Below, piece after piece: positions 26,068-38,384 of a DNA stretch of 64,000 bases. Within the stretch, counting starts at the first letter, position 1; each line of letters begins with the position of its first letter. The stretch comes from Iphione sp. A-MEVVRFRX5 (Eukaryota). The notes below the pieces were generated by a model, which searched no databases, was not told the origin of the DNA, and worked only from the letters and a program-made list of their open reading frames with translations. The DNA is taken from NCBI GenBank assembly GCA_976226885.1, contig OZ320321.1, forward strand, positions 20,894,001-20,958,000, written 5' to 3'. The position numbers and the translations under genes were made by a program.

Positions 26068-26549
26068 GTTTTCCCATGAAGATTCAGGTCATTGGAATAA
26101 TACTATCGATCTTAAGGTAATTGAAATAAGTTCTCATAGTCTTAATAGCTACGTAAATGATCATCAGTGATTTAAACAGAGAGGACCAGCTATTCTGATC
26201 ACCTCTCCAACATTATACCCGTATTTACTTGACGCCATGTCTAGTGAATATTTCATGCTTTTCACTGTTCAGTAATGGATTACTCTTGCAGAAATTGTTC
26301 GATTCATTTCAGTTTTATTGAGTGAGATTTTCTCTAGACAGTTGCATTTAGAAAATAAAATGACACGCAAAGTTTACCAGGAGGCAACTGGTTGCTTCTG
26401 TGGTTGATGAGCCCAGGGCAGCCTGTTGCCCACTTAGCGTCAACATCAGTTCTGCTACTGTACACTAGGAGTCCCTCCCCCCGTCTCCTAAAGTTAATAC
26501 GAGCCCATGCATGTAATAATGGCACTGTTTCTTCTCCCGTTGCTTCCAG

Positions 26550-26647
26550 GCGCTGAGACCTGCTAGTCCCCACGACCGGGATGCCTTCATCTATGTTACC
26601 GAGGAGGGCGAAGGGGTCTGCTCAGTGGTCGATTCAGACTGCAAGAA
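26550..26647 (+). CDS. PIK3C2A: PI3K-C2 exon 8 (ALRPASPHDRDAFIYVTEEGEGVCSVVDSDCK)
   Basis: ttccag| and |gtgagt, phase 0 to 2; poorly conserved linker. Confidence 0.8.
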
Positions 26648-27053
26648 GTGAGTGCCGCCTTCGTTTCCCCCCCCCCCCCGAATTTTCTTATATTTGAGGT
26701 GTGGCTTGTGTTTGAACACTAAAAGAGGACGCAATTCAAAGCAGGTGGTTGGGGGGTTGGGGTAATGTGTCCGTGGTCACTGATTTCTATGTTTGTTGGC
26801 GTTTTATTACTATGTATTCTTATATTGCGCTAAAAATGAGAGCAGTTTTTTTTTCTTCTCATAATATGCTTACAATGTGAGAATAAGTGGCGACGAAAGA
26901 GGGAGAAAAGCGAAACCAATCGGCCTGATTTACGCCAGACAATGCCTGTCTGCAGGGAATCCCACACAGCCTATAACGCGGGCAGTTTTTCCAATGCATA
27001 CATTTCCACGCACACTGGTTCCTATCCAGGGTGTGCAGGGCAGCCCCAGGACA

Positions 27054-27134
27054 TAGCTAAAAGCACCGGTATATTCCCATGTGTGCGTAAATTAGCTAAT
27101 TAAGCACTGGTGTATTCCCATGTGTGCGTAAATC
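27054..27134. repeat. ~41-bp tandem duplication
   Basis: agctaa..aagcac.ggt.tattcccatgtgtgcgtaaat twice. Confidence 0.85.
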
Positions 27135-27693
27135 ACGCACACTTGTGCATAACTGAGAAAAGCTAACCAGACTTGATGGATTACCCCAGTTACAGCAGAC
27201 GTGGGAAAGCCATTGGTTTCCTACCGTTCTGGATATCTGATGGTCAGTTGGGAGTGAGTTATGTCACACAAATTCATCCACAGGGGGCGGGGGGCTCAGG
27301 GTGTCTTCAATAACACATCACCAAGAATTCAAAGCAGTCATAATGCTTAAAGGCGCAGTAGAAAATGTGTCACCAAGAATTTACTCTTTGATAACAGATC
27401 ACCAGTAACTGTTGGAAAACGCATAGCGCCAAATTTGAAGAACAAATAACGTTTCACCAAGAATTCAAAGCACCGATAATTAACGCTTCACCAAAATAGT
27501 TGACACTCCCTGTTCATCCGAAACAGGATAACGCTTATGTATGTGGTTGTTTAAAACACGTATACATGGAAAAAAAAAAAACTGCCGTAGGGCTCGATCG
27601 TGGCTAGTTACATGCTTGTGGCACCGCGGAGAGCCTATTGGCATGTGTAAAACGTGAACCTCCCCCCCCTGCTTTGGGGTCGCTCATGACCAC

Positions 27694-27743
27694 GTCACGT
27701 GATGTAATTCATGGTGTGACGTCATAGCAACTCGAGGAAGTGA
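27694..27743. promoter_or_regulatory. Dense motif cluster: E-box/CLEAR gtcacgtgat, CRE tgacgtca fused to an RFX half-site tagcaac, ETS ggaagtga
   Basis: Four promoter-type motifs within 50 bp in a locally CpG-rich intron segment. Confidence 0.45.
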
Positions 27744-28907
27744 AGAGGGATGCCGGTAGGTTCGCTCGAGCTCGAACAAAGCTGGGTTTTGATACAGGAA
27801 TGCTAGCTGACTATCTACACCCAGGATTTCTGTATAACCCAAAAAAGAGATCGAAAAGAGAGATCGGTTCTGTACTGATTGTCGTACAAGAAACGTATCA
27901 AGGAATGTAGTATTGCTCAATTTGCTGTACTGTGGCGTTTTTCAAAGAGAACGGCCCCTCTTGAACTATCTTTTGTATACAAAGTACTTGAAAAGGCCTT
28001 GGTGTAGACTTTCAAGCCAGTGTTCACAGAAGGAATGCTGATGTTCGAACTGCAGGTCTTCGAATATTGTCTCTAACATTGCTTACTGTAAACACTTGGG
28101 CGAGAATGAAGTCTATTGCTGTGCTTCAAAGGATGCAGCAGATAACAATCCCTTTTGGTTGTATGATTTGCATATACACCAGATATTCTTTTGTGTACAC
28201 TGCAAAGCCTTGCTTATAAAAGGGCAAATCATTATGAGTTGTCTCTAATGAATGCTCACTTCAAACACATTACAACCCGGTGCACCTTTTAGTTTTTTCC
28301 TTACGGACTAGTCTAATTGCTAATGATTTTTTTTTTATCTAAACTGGCTAACCAGAACCAGGAAGAATATTTTTCCTTCTCACTGATGACCTACTGAGCG
28401 TTTTTACATGTTGATCGCGCGGTGAATTGAGAACAAAATTTTTTTTTTTCGTATCAGTATCTATTGTCGAAGGAGCGCACTACGAAGGTAACCTCTCCCA
28501 ACATCCATCCATCAGCTGTATATGATTAACTACAGTCATTGTTGCTTTTCTTTAAGAGAAAGTCAGTCGTTGTCCCTTTTCATTCATTAGCATCTCCAGT
28601 ATTCAGAGACTATTTTTGACATTACATTGCTTAGGTTCCCTGCATGACAGTGGTTATTTTGTGTTTCAAAGATCCTGATTTTTCTTTGTTTTGGTCAAAT
28701 CATCAAACAAAAAAAATCATCATCTCCAAATTTGTCTTAACTCAAGCATATATATATGCATAAATATAAAGCCCTATGTATTTAATATGTATTTGTGTGT
28801 GTTAATTCTCGTGTTTGTGAAAATTTGGATAACAAATTCTCCGGCTATTTTGGGGGTGAGGATCTTTGATACATGAAGTTGTTATCATACCCTTACGTAT
28901 AGGAACG

Positions 28908-29096
28908 TGCTCAAGGACCACTAGTTGCTAGCACCCTACGGAAATAGCTCAGGCCCAACACGTCCCCACAAGTTCCATCGTAGACCTTAACCTTAACCCT
29001 CTCATTGTCAACTGTCTAGGGGAATGATTGGCTTGGGATGTTGTTCACTGAATGGAATCCACCCCCCACCTCAACCTCCCAGTGGTCCTTGAGTAT
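28908..29096. mobile_element. Small TIR element containing ccttaaccttaaccct
   Basis: gtgctcaaggaccact ... agtggtccttgagtat. Confidence 0.65.
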
Positions 29097-31614
29097 GGCA
29101 CCTGATTGGTATCTTTTTATTATGGGATGGTTATGACTGGCAGGAAACCAGAAAGGGAATCTTGTCTAATATAGAGGAAAGAGACGATACATATCATTGC
29201 ATGAGGTTAGCGATGCATACTATTTATGTTTGCCCTTTTGTATCGGAGATTTTTTTTGGCGCAAAGTTTGATACCATACTTTCGTCTCTGCTATGGTACA
29301 ACTAAAGCATCTTGAATGTGATATCGCTGTGTGCATTGTGGGTCTGGCATTGGATGTAGTGTATTCATTCATACATGAGAGTAATGTCATGTGCAACAAT
29401 TTACTTCTCATTGAATGATTTCCTGAGATATAAGAAAGAAAAATAGCTTAAGCGATATGATTACCTCAACAGAGACACCTCATTTTACACAGCCACAAAT
29501 GACAGTACATATTGGATACCCCAGCCTGGCTTTGTTTTGCAGGAAATTAACAAGAGGAACATAAATCAACAGAACTATTTTACTGGGCTATATTTCGTTG
29601 TCACCTTCTAGGAATCCATTTTATGCCATATTTTGTTCAGTAGTTATTTGACAGTTCAAACAGGAAAAGAGTTTTTTTTTAACTTGTGCAATTTTATTCT
29701 TCAAAACGTAAGTAAATGCAGTGAAGAGCCTGCTCTTAAAATGCCACTTAACCAGAACACTAGTTCAGAAAAAGAATATTTTCAGTGGTTTTGTTTAATA
29801 TACCGGTACGTGTATCTGTGAAGTGGGAAGAAGAGAAGCCATATCTGTTGCTTTCAGTTCGACCTTAAAAGGGTCCAGTACGTGGTAGAAGTAATTACAT
29901 GTACTTAAGTTAACGACAGGCTATAGCTGTGCTGAACTTTATCTCCAGAGTTTTGTTATTTGATATAAATCCCACAGGACCTCCTACAGAGTCCACACAC
30001 TTGTCAAAAGCCCGGTTTTGTGTTTATTCTACATCTGAGATGAAGTAGCGTCATGTATCTATAATATATCGTGGACACGTTACATGCATATTGCTGATGA
30101 TAATTCGGTAATCTGTTCATTCACGAGTAACCTTTACAGTGTGTAGAACACGACGACAGTGACCACATAATACAACAAATATCCCTAACAAAGCCTAAAA
30201 CTCTTAAAATACAGTTCTTGTAGCATTGGTTCACGATGAGTAGGACAGTAGACTCTCCGTACTGAGAATACCGTCAGAGTAAAGGGTGTGGGGAATGCTT
30301 CGGAATTTTCACGGTTCACGCCTGGCATAATTATACGCACGTTGTAAGGAAAGGGTTAGGAACTCCAGGTATACCCACAATGTTGGTTTTTATTAAGGGG
30401 TAGTACATGTAACTTAAGGCTCAAGCTTTCAACTGTGTGATACAGTCTTCCTCAACTGTATGTATATACATGTATGTGAATCTACATACACGTAAGATAC
30501 ATATATAGATACATACACACATATATAGATAGATACATACATGTATGCTTGCATATATAGATACATACATGCATACACACATTGCATTAAATACAACTCG
30601 TTTTTCAAACTGATCATTACACATATGCAAGTCCAGCTAGAAGCATCAGTTGTATGGTTCTAGTGTTTGTTTTTCTCCGAGAACACTGTTAAATTGAACA
30701 CTACTGCTTTGAGCTGCTGGCATATGAGGTTGTACAAGTGTAGCTTGAGAGACTCCACTAAAGGAGATTTAGGGCCCATTTTCCAATCGCAAATAAGATA
30801 CGTAAGTGTTTAATAGTTCTCTCCTTATAAATGACCGTCAGCTGATCGAAGTGTTAGTTTGTTTTGGGTTTTCTGCCCTTCTTGTTCTGCATACACGTTA
30901 GGAACACAGGAACGTGCCATGGTTTCCTACAAGGCATTCATAATATCCGAAACACTCGTCTGAAAGCGGAGCTCTTAGACCAGGTTCGCTCCACAGACCT
31001 GTTGCAGTGTTTTCGCTACAAAGGCCACGGGACCATGACGTTAGTACCAGGACAGGACACTAGGTGTCTATCTGAGATACAGTCCTGTTACAAAGTCGAG
31101 GTCACATTTCACTGTAAGTTCATGTATAACCACTAATCATAACGAACGTAGATGGTAGAGAAGGCCTGCCTCGTTCCGCTGGGGGTAAAACTACAGTCCT
31201 ACGACTGGTAAACTTATCAGGAGGAGAGTCTACTGTTTTCCGTCGAATTTTCATTGTCAGGGAAGCAGCATGCAAAACTTTTCAAATACAGGTGAATGCC
31301 ACAAATGTGGACGCCCCTCGAATCTGAAAAACTGCCCTGATCTCCGGTCCTCTCCACATTGTGACATTCTGTTAATTTAGTTTACACAGTGCACTTGCCC
31401 TTTGTTTTTACCGTTTGCCTAAATACCCGTAATTCTGGTCTTGCCTGCATTGTGGGGAGGTCTGTCCACTATGTGACATTTGACTGTATAAATGTGCTTG
31501 TATTTGACTGACCAGGTATGATACAAGTTTGTCGTTAGTTTTGTGGTTGAGTACAACTCATGTGGACTAAAGCTGATGTTGTGTTTTTTTTTTACGTGCT
31601 TTCTCTCTCTCTAG

Positions 31615-31695
31615 GCTCGTAGGCCGCGCTGTGGATGACGCCTCGAACCCTTCCCATGATTCCCTGTCCTCCCGTAACCATAGTAACACCCCAGG
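31615..31695 (+). CDS. PIK3C2A: PI3K-C2 exon 9, tentative symmetric cassette (LVGRAVDDASNPSHDSLSSRNHSNTP)
   Basis: Long pyrimidine tract plus ctag|, |gtaatg, 81 nt open, phase 2 to 2; no homology support. Confidence 0.6.
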
Positions 31696-33112
31696 GTAAT
31701 GATTACTATGAAGAGAGAGACCGTTGACTGTATGCCTTCCAATTAACCCCTTCATGACCGTCAGTAACCAAGTGAACCAAAAAACACTCACACGATCAAC
31801 TTAGAACATATGTATTTCTCACCGGATCCTGATCAATGCTGTGTCATTAAAGGGTTGATTTGAGTCTTCTTCCTAGTTGATATTCCCCTCAGAGAATCAC
31901 GTGGTGGAACTTAACCTGTAGTGATATTAATATAGCTGCTCCTCTGGCCTTTTTCTGGTGTGCTGCACGTATACATATACCACATAGTTGTTGCTTGTTG
32001 TGATATAAAGTCTGCGACCCCCCGGGCAGGTTGCGCTACCTGTTCATATGCATGTTTATAACGCTAACCCCGCTACATATACTATGCAAAGCCTGTGCAA
32101 ATCAACAACCTCTGCTCAAATCATATTTACATACATCAGCATTATTATGCTTTACTATTTCTATGATTTATGCTTCTACTAAAACCAAAAAAAGTAGGGT
32201 CATTAGAAAATTCAGACTTAGCTATGGCTCATCCCATATTTTCATTTCTCCCCAAGTTTCACTTTCACAGTTTGGATCAATGTACCCTTTTGGTGGGCCC
32301 GGGGTAGGGGGAGTAGGATGTGTTTAAGCTTACTCCGAATAGTCTAGGATTGATGTTATTTCTCAATGAGTTAGCGCATGTGTTCGATCCATTGTGCCTC
32401 TCATTACATAGGATCATTTTCTTCCTGACTAATCAGTTTTTTTTTCTACTAGTTTTCATTTCCTACAAGTTCGCCGTCAGGTTGATTCTATCTGCAGTTT
32501 TGTTTTGACATTTAACCACACAGTGTTGTGTAAATGTTGTTTTTTTGCTGCATTGGTTTCGTTAACACCCTAACCACATATCTGTTGTCTCTACTAAAAT
32601 CATTTATCTCCTGGGAACGATTAAATGTGAATATGTAAAAGGTTAAATAAAAATAATATTGCATGATTCCAGTAAGTGAAATAATTCTCTGCGACAATCC
32701 ATTTTTAGGTTTATGATTTCTAACATCAGCTGTGCTGCTTGTCTCTCAATCACCTCCAGAACATACTCAAAAAAGACGCCAAGTTTAAGATCTGTAGACG
32801 CGAAGTAATGTGATATTGATCTTTATTTTCGACATAGAAAAGTGGTTTTTTTTTCAAAATTCATTCGAGGTCTTCCTTGAATAATCGTAGTAAATAATCA
32901 GAATAATATGCTGAAATTAATATATTTTTCAATTACTAGATAGAGGGATATAATGCTTATTAGCTTCACACAGCTTCTTGCTATCACTAAATTAGCGACA
33001 GCAAAAAGCCACCGCTCCGTGATATTGTTAGGTGCCTTAACTAAACACAGCCGCCTCTTTTTAAGGCTCAACTTGTATATATTTAATGCCTTTTGGTGTC
33101 TGTCCTTGCCAG

Positions 33113-33243
33113 AGTGTGTGACATTAATGACCTTCATGCGGCCTTAGAGGAGGTTACCCAGAGTGTGAAAGCTCTGATTGAGATGTACTGCCGGACCTTT
33201 CACACTGACTTCCGCTTCGAGTCTGCAGCCAATGTTGTCAGGG
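33113..33243 (+). CDS. PIK3C2A: PI3K-C2 exon 10 (VCDINDLHAALEEVTQSVKALIEMYCRTFHTDF)
   Basis: ttgccag| and |gtaagt, phase 2 to 1; LIEMYCRTFHTDF is a class II motif. Confidence 0.95.
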
Positions 33244-33875
33244 GTAAGTTTTTAAATCGTTCAGACGTGGCAAAAAGTGACTGTATCCTGCTAGTGCTAC
33301 CTTGACAGTGGGTTCTAAATAGTTCCATTCATAACTGCTACCCATTGTGATAGGTCATGTGATGTATATTCATAGTTACATCCCATGGTGACCCTTAGTG
33401 ATTGAGAATACTTCAATTTCTGCCATATATGTAATTATATGGTCAAGGGTTTTTGTTTTGTAGGATGTATATGTGTAACATTACATCCCTAGGTCAAGGT
33501 TTCGTCTGGTTAGACTTATCAGGCACTATTAATTAGCAGTGATCAAGGCATCAACTTTTGTTGATTTGTGAGGTCCCCAGCTCCATGCTGGTTGGATCTT
33601 TATCAAATATCACAATGGTTTGTACCATGAATTTCTGGTACAAAGAGATGGAATAGTGTGTGTTTTTTGTCTCCCACACAGTAATAAGAAAATTTTTGAA
33701 CGAGGCATTGGTGTGTGTGGATAGACAGATTACTCTCAACTCTGATAGACAGGAGCGTCTATCAAGTTAAATCAAAAAAAAAGGGGGGGGGGGTAAGTTT
33801 TTAGCTGGTAGTGTATACATGCACTACAGGTATGCCTCTGTCAATGAGGTTTATGTGTTTAAAAGAGATCACTGT

Positions 33876-33966
33876 GTTACACAGAGTGTGAAAGCTCTGA
33901 TTAAGATGTACTGCCGGACCTTTCACACCAACTTCCACTTTAAGTCTGCAGCCAGCGATGTCAGGG
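33876..33966 (+). pseudogene. Decayed partial duplicate of PI3K exon 10 (pseudo-exon)
   Basis: Hand alignment to 33153-33243 gives 10 mismatches in 91 nt and no indels; donor replaced by ggg-atac. Confidence 0.9.
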
Positions 33967-34994
33967 ATACATTTTAGCTGGTAGTGTGCCTCTGTTAATG
34001 AAGACGTTAAGTTCAAAGAGATCATTGAAAAGATGGTACCGGTATCATTTAGAATCATTTGAAGCATTTTGAATAGCTAAAATATAGTGAAACATTTCAT
34101 AACAATCTACCGTCAACCCTGAGGCCCCTACAATAAACTGTTGCAGTTGATCATTTTAGTTACACTCAGCCAGGCAGAAACAGTTCCATTTGATTGACCC
34201 TTGGGATGGGTCCTTAGACCTCACAGGTCACCTTCCTTGTAACATTGGGCACCATCACATTTGTTCTCAAATGGCTACTCTTTGTACTGTTAAGTGTAAC
34301 TCCATTTTAAAATGGCTTCGTTTCCGGGGGAGGGGGGGTCATTAAGATAGGCACACCTGTAGTCTGACAGTTCTTGGCAGCGAGTTGTGGCTAAAGGCCA
34401 TTTTGCTATGAATGTGTTACATGTAGTTGCATCAATTCCGCACCTGCTACAGTGTATTGCCGGGGGGGTTGAAACTGTAAACACGGCTCAGAGAGAGAAA
34501 TGATTTCCAATTGAAAGAAAATCCAATGATACGTGTTTCTGGACCGAAACTGTCCTTAAAGTCGGGTCTCCACAAAAACTTTGCTGCTATATATGATACC
34601 CTCTAATCCGTCTTGGCATTTGTACAGTTCAACTAAATATGATGCCCTCTAATCATCGTGAAGGTAGACCTTGACCCAAGCTAACTTATCCTAGGAAAGA
34701 GAGGCAGTTACTGTTTGATAGTGTTAATTGTTTGTGCATTTTTGCTGACAGCAGCCTTCGTCAAATCATTGTCTTGGCCATAAATAAGATGTCATCTAAG
34801 ACGCAGTTGAACATGTATAGTTGGTAGGAAGCCATCCTGCTGGTAGCTTTGGACCAAAAACATTAAGATATTTGATTTTTAATGAGATCGACACAGGATA
34901 TAGGAAATGTTTCTCATTGAATACTTGTATTTTTTCATGATATTCATTCATCATAAATCATTTAATCACTGGTGCCCCATCCTCACACATACAG

Positions 34995-35079
34995 AGAAGA
35001 AGTCACTTTGTGCGGTTCGGGAGACCCTCATCCTCCACGTAGCTTCACTTCACAGGATCCCCCTCAAGTGGCGATCCAG
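34995..35079 (+). CDS. PIK3C2A: PI3K-C2 exon 11 (C2 start: ETLILHVASLHRIPLKW)
   Basis: atacag| and |gtaaac, phase 1 to 2. Confidence 0.92.
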
Positions 35080-35756
35080 GTAAACTACATATGCTTGAAT
35101 CTCATCGTGCCAGCTTCAGGACTGATGATTATACGTTTTGTCACAGCCCAGGGAGATATTCTTTATTCTTTATGTATCTGTGATGTCAGTTGTTGAAATT
35201 GTTGAGACACAGTGTGTTGTTTCTGAGCTGTCAAAATATATATTAATATAATCGGTTGTCTCTGTTCCTAAGAGACAATATATACATGTACTTGAACATG
35301 GACAGTCAGATCCATTGTAACTTCTAGGTATATCCAATGCCCCTACAAATCTCTTGGTGCGCTCATCTGACTTTATGGGAGGGAACAGCCTGTGGTAGAG
35401 TTTACACGGTAAACAAAGGACCGGGGTATTGCATTTGACTTGCCATTTTTACAACAACTTACGTACGGAAACGTTGGTACCATTACTAGACACTTAAGTA
35501 TTTACCCGAAATACAGTCCAGGTGGCGTCACTGCAGACAGCGTATTGGATAACCACTTGGATTGTATCTCAGCTAAATACCAGTGTCCAGTATTGGTACA
35601 AAGTCAAGATCACATTTCACTGGTAAAATGATGACTGCGTAATAATAATGACTGGTAAGTTACAGTTCCTCTTCAGAGATGTTATCTGGCCTGCGAACAA
35701 ACGTCTGGTTTCATTGTTTTAACACACTCATGCCTCCAGTGTTTCCTTTCACCCAG

Positions 35757-35882
35757 CTTTGCTGACTACAAAGTGGTGTGTGGACTCTACCAAGGAGGCC
35801 GACGACTCTGCGAGGAAGTCAGCACCCAAGCGACACCCGTCTTCACAGAGAGCTTCCAAGACACACTCATCTGGGACGAATG
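35757..35882 (+). CDS. PIK3C2A: PI3K-C2 exon 12 (FADYKVVCGLYQGGRRLC...LIWDE)
   Basis: acccag| and |gttagt, phase 2 to 2. Confidence 0.95.
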
Positions 35883-36158
35883 GTTAGTCAGTCAGATAAA
35901 AAGAGGGGTTCCTTACCAACTTTTCATGATTTAAGTACCAGTAGTGCACGCTAGGGGGAGTCTCCCTGAGATACAGGCCAGGTGGCGCCACTGTGCAGTA
36001 ATGGTACAAAATCCAATAATACATTTTTTCTGGTAACTCCATTTAATGTACTAGTTTTTGTCGTCTCTTCCGAGTAAATCGGGGAGACGAGGGGGGGGAG
36101 GGCTTCACTCTGTGATTGGCGGATGTGAAATTATCTTCATATGATCGATGCGTTGCAG

Positions 36159-36317
36159 GATCCAGTTCGAAGTGGTCAATCTTTCCGCCCTGCCTCGCGA
36201 GACGAGGCTCGTCTTCATGCTTCTGGGTGTGCGGATGGTGAAGTCGGGTGCTGAGGAGGGTCAGCGCATCACGACTCCTCTGGGATGGGTTGCACTGCAG
36301 GTCTTCAACCACAAGTT
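36159..36317 (+). CDS. PIK3C2A: PI3K-C2 exon 13 (IQFEVVNLSALPRETRL...LGWVALQVFNHK)
   Basis: ttgcag| and |gtaagt, phase 2 to 2; LPRE.RL C2 motif. Confidence 0.96.
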
Positions 36318-36562
36318 GTAAGTAACCGCATCCTATCTTGTTCTTTACTCGGCTGACTAAAGTACCTTGTAGATCTAACTGTGATACTCACAAACAGGTA
36401 GAAGTCTTCTCTGAAAACGAGAATTTCTAGGTGTTCCTAACATGGGTGGCAAGACGAATATCAGTTGAAATTTAGGTAGAAAATTTTAGTACTTGATAAA
36501 AGGAAGGTTTTTTTCCCAACACCATCCTCCCAGTCATATATGCTGTGACTTTTTTTAACCAG

Positions 36563-36671
36563 TGAACTGGCGCAGGGCAGTCAACTTCTTGGTCTCTGGC
36601 CCGGCGAGGTGGCCAACCCCACTGGTACCTCCCAGTCCAACACTGAAGGCATCAGCAGCGTTTTGCTTCAG
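36563..36671 (+). CDS. PIK3C2A: PI3K-C2 exon 14 (ELAQGSQLLGLWP...VLLQ)
   Basis: aaccag| and |gtacga, phase 2 to 0. Confidence 0.93.
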
Positions 36672-37166
36672 GTACGAATGGTAGAAACTAATATTCACCG
36701 AGCCTTTCGTATGCGTCTTTCATGAAGTGTGTCAAATAGAATTCTGTGACTTTAATTCATCTGCTATGCACTGGATGGCACACCTGAGGTGTAGCATCTC
36801 GTAAAACAAGGAACTTTGCTGACGTCTTACTAGCTGACTGTATCTCAGCCATCCCTGTCCCCTCCTTTGTGCGTAAGACATTTTCAACGTCAAGATCATA
36901 TTTCACTTAGTAAGTTGATATAATCTTATGATTAAACTTGAAAATGGCTGTACTGGTATGTGTACATAAAATGTTGTATGATGCTGAGAACACTGGAGAC
37001 AGCTTCTTGAGGTGTATTATGTCCACTTGTCTCGAGTTAACCATCTTATCACCACTGCTATCGATCATTTCCTCAGGATTATTAATGCCACTTCAAAAAG
37101 ACGTACATGGCATATATAATGTATACGTATTAATAATCAGACATACTTATCGTTAACCCTATACAG

Positions 37167-37228
37167 GTGAATCTACCAAGCTTCGACTTTGATGTTGTCT
37201 TCCCTCCTGTTGGAGAGCTGGATCCCAG
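37167..37228 (+). CDS. PIK3C2A: PI3K-C2 exon 15 (VNLPSFDFDVVFPPVGELDP)
   Basis: atacag| and |gttagt, phase 0 to 2. Confidence 0.9.
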
Positions 37229-37718
37229 GTTAGTGTAAACCGAGACGAGTGCAGAGGTCTCACACTGTGTACGCTAGCATTAATCAAAAGATTAAGAAGA
37301 GTCCGATCAGTATTCAACTGTCAGACCAACTTTGATCACCCAGACCATTGCACATGTTGGGGTGTGTCAAGGGTTGCCGTAGGGTTTACTAGCATGAATG
37401 AAGAGTCAGATCAGTAGCGTATGTTGGCTTTGATCAATGGTCAGTTTAACAATTGTTCCCTAGACGAAAACTTACCTTTTCGTTTAGTGTTGAGAAGTTT
37501 GCTTGTTGGTAATGAAGCAGGCGCTCACGTACTAGTGTACACCTGCATATTCTTCTGAAACCAGTGACAAAATTCCACCTTTTAATGGGCAAGTGAACAT
37601 CCTTTTGAAAAATCAAATAAAATCTTTTGGCAAATGGTAATGTTACTTCTCACTGGCGTTTGCAAAGTGCCCTGTAGCGATAAAATAGGTTAACACTTCA
37701 TTACATTATCATCTACAG

Positions 37719-37991
37719 CAGCTTCCGACAGGATTTCAACGCCCTCCACCCAAGTGACCAGGAGCGACTCCATGCAATTCTGTTCAGGAATCCCACCATG
37801 CCCACCTCCCGTGCGGACATGGAGTACCTCTGGGAGAAGCGACATTACCTGCACACCTTCCCCGAAGGCCTCTGTAAGATTCTTCTCGCCCTACCCACCT
37901 GGAGTTATGCGGCTCTGGTTGAAACCTATTCGATGATTCTTGGATGGGCACCACTCTCTCCTATTGAAGCTCTTGAGCTTCTGCAGCCATG
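37719..37991 (+). CDS. PIK3C2A: PI3K-C2 exon 16 (helical domain: DMEYLWEKRHY...EALELLQP)
   Basis: ctacag| (NAGNAG) and |gtaagt, phase 2 to 2. Confidence 0.96.
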
Positions 37992-38074
37992 GTAAGTTGC
38001 TGTGATCCCTTTTTAACAATGCCCCGAGTCAGATTGAAACAATACACTGCTTATATTTGAGTAAAGAATTGTAG

Positions 38075-38290
38075 ATGTCATGTTTTTTGTGTGTGTTTCT
38101 GGTGACAGCTGCACACTGTTGACATTTGACTGAAGTGTCATAGCTGTCATGTTTTCTGCTCTTGTGACAGCCACACGCTATTAACATTTAGTGTAGTAGA
38201 TGTCTTATTCTCTGTTTCTTGTGGCAGCTGCACACTGTTAACATTTGAGTAGAGTGTCTTAGTTGTCATGTTTTCTTTTTCTGGTGACAG
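38075..38290 (+). repeat. ~60-bp tandem repeat whose last unit supplies the exon 17 acceptor
   Basis: Units end gtg(a/g)cag at 38108, 38170, 38227 and 38290. Confidence 0.85.
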
Positions 38291-38384
38291 TTTTGCAGAC
38301 ACCCATGTCCGGACTACAGCTGTCCGATGGTTGCGTGAACTTCCTGACGATGAACTCTCCAACTTCCTCCCTCAGCTCGTGCAG
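38291..38384 (+). CDS. PIK3C2A: PI3K-C2 exon 17 (FADTHVRTTAVRWLRELPDDELSNFLPQLVQ)
   Basis: gtgacag| and |gttagt, phase 2 to 0. Confidence 0.97.
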
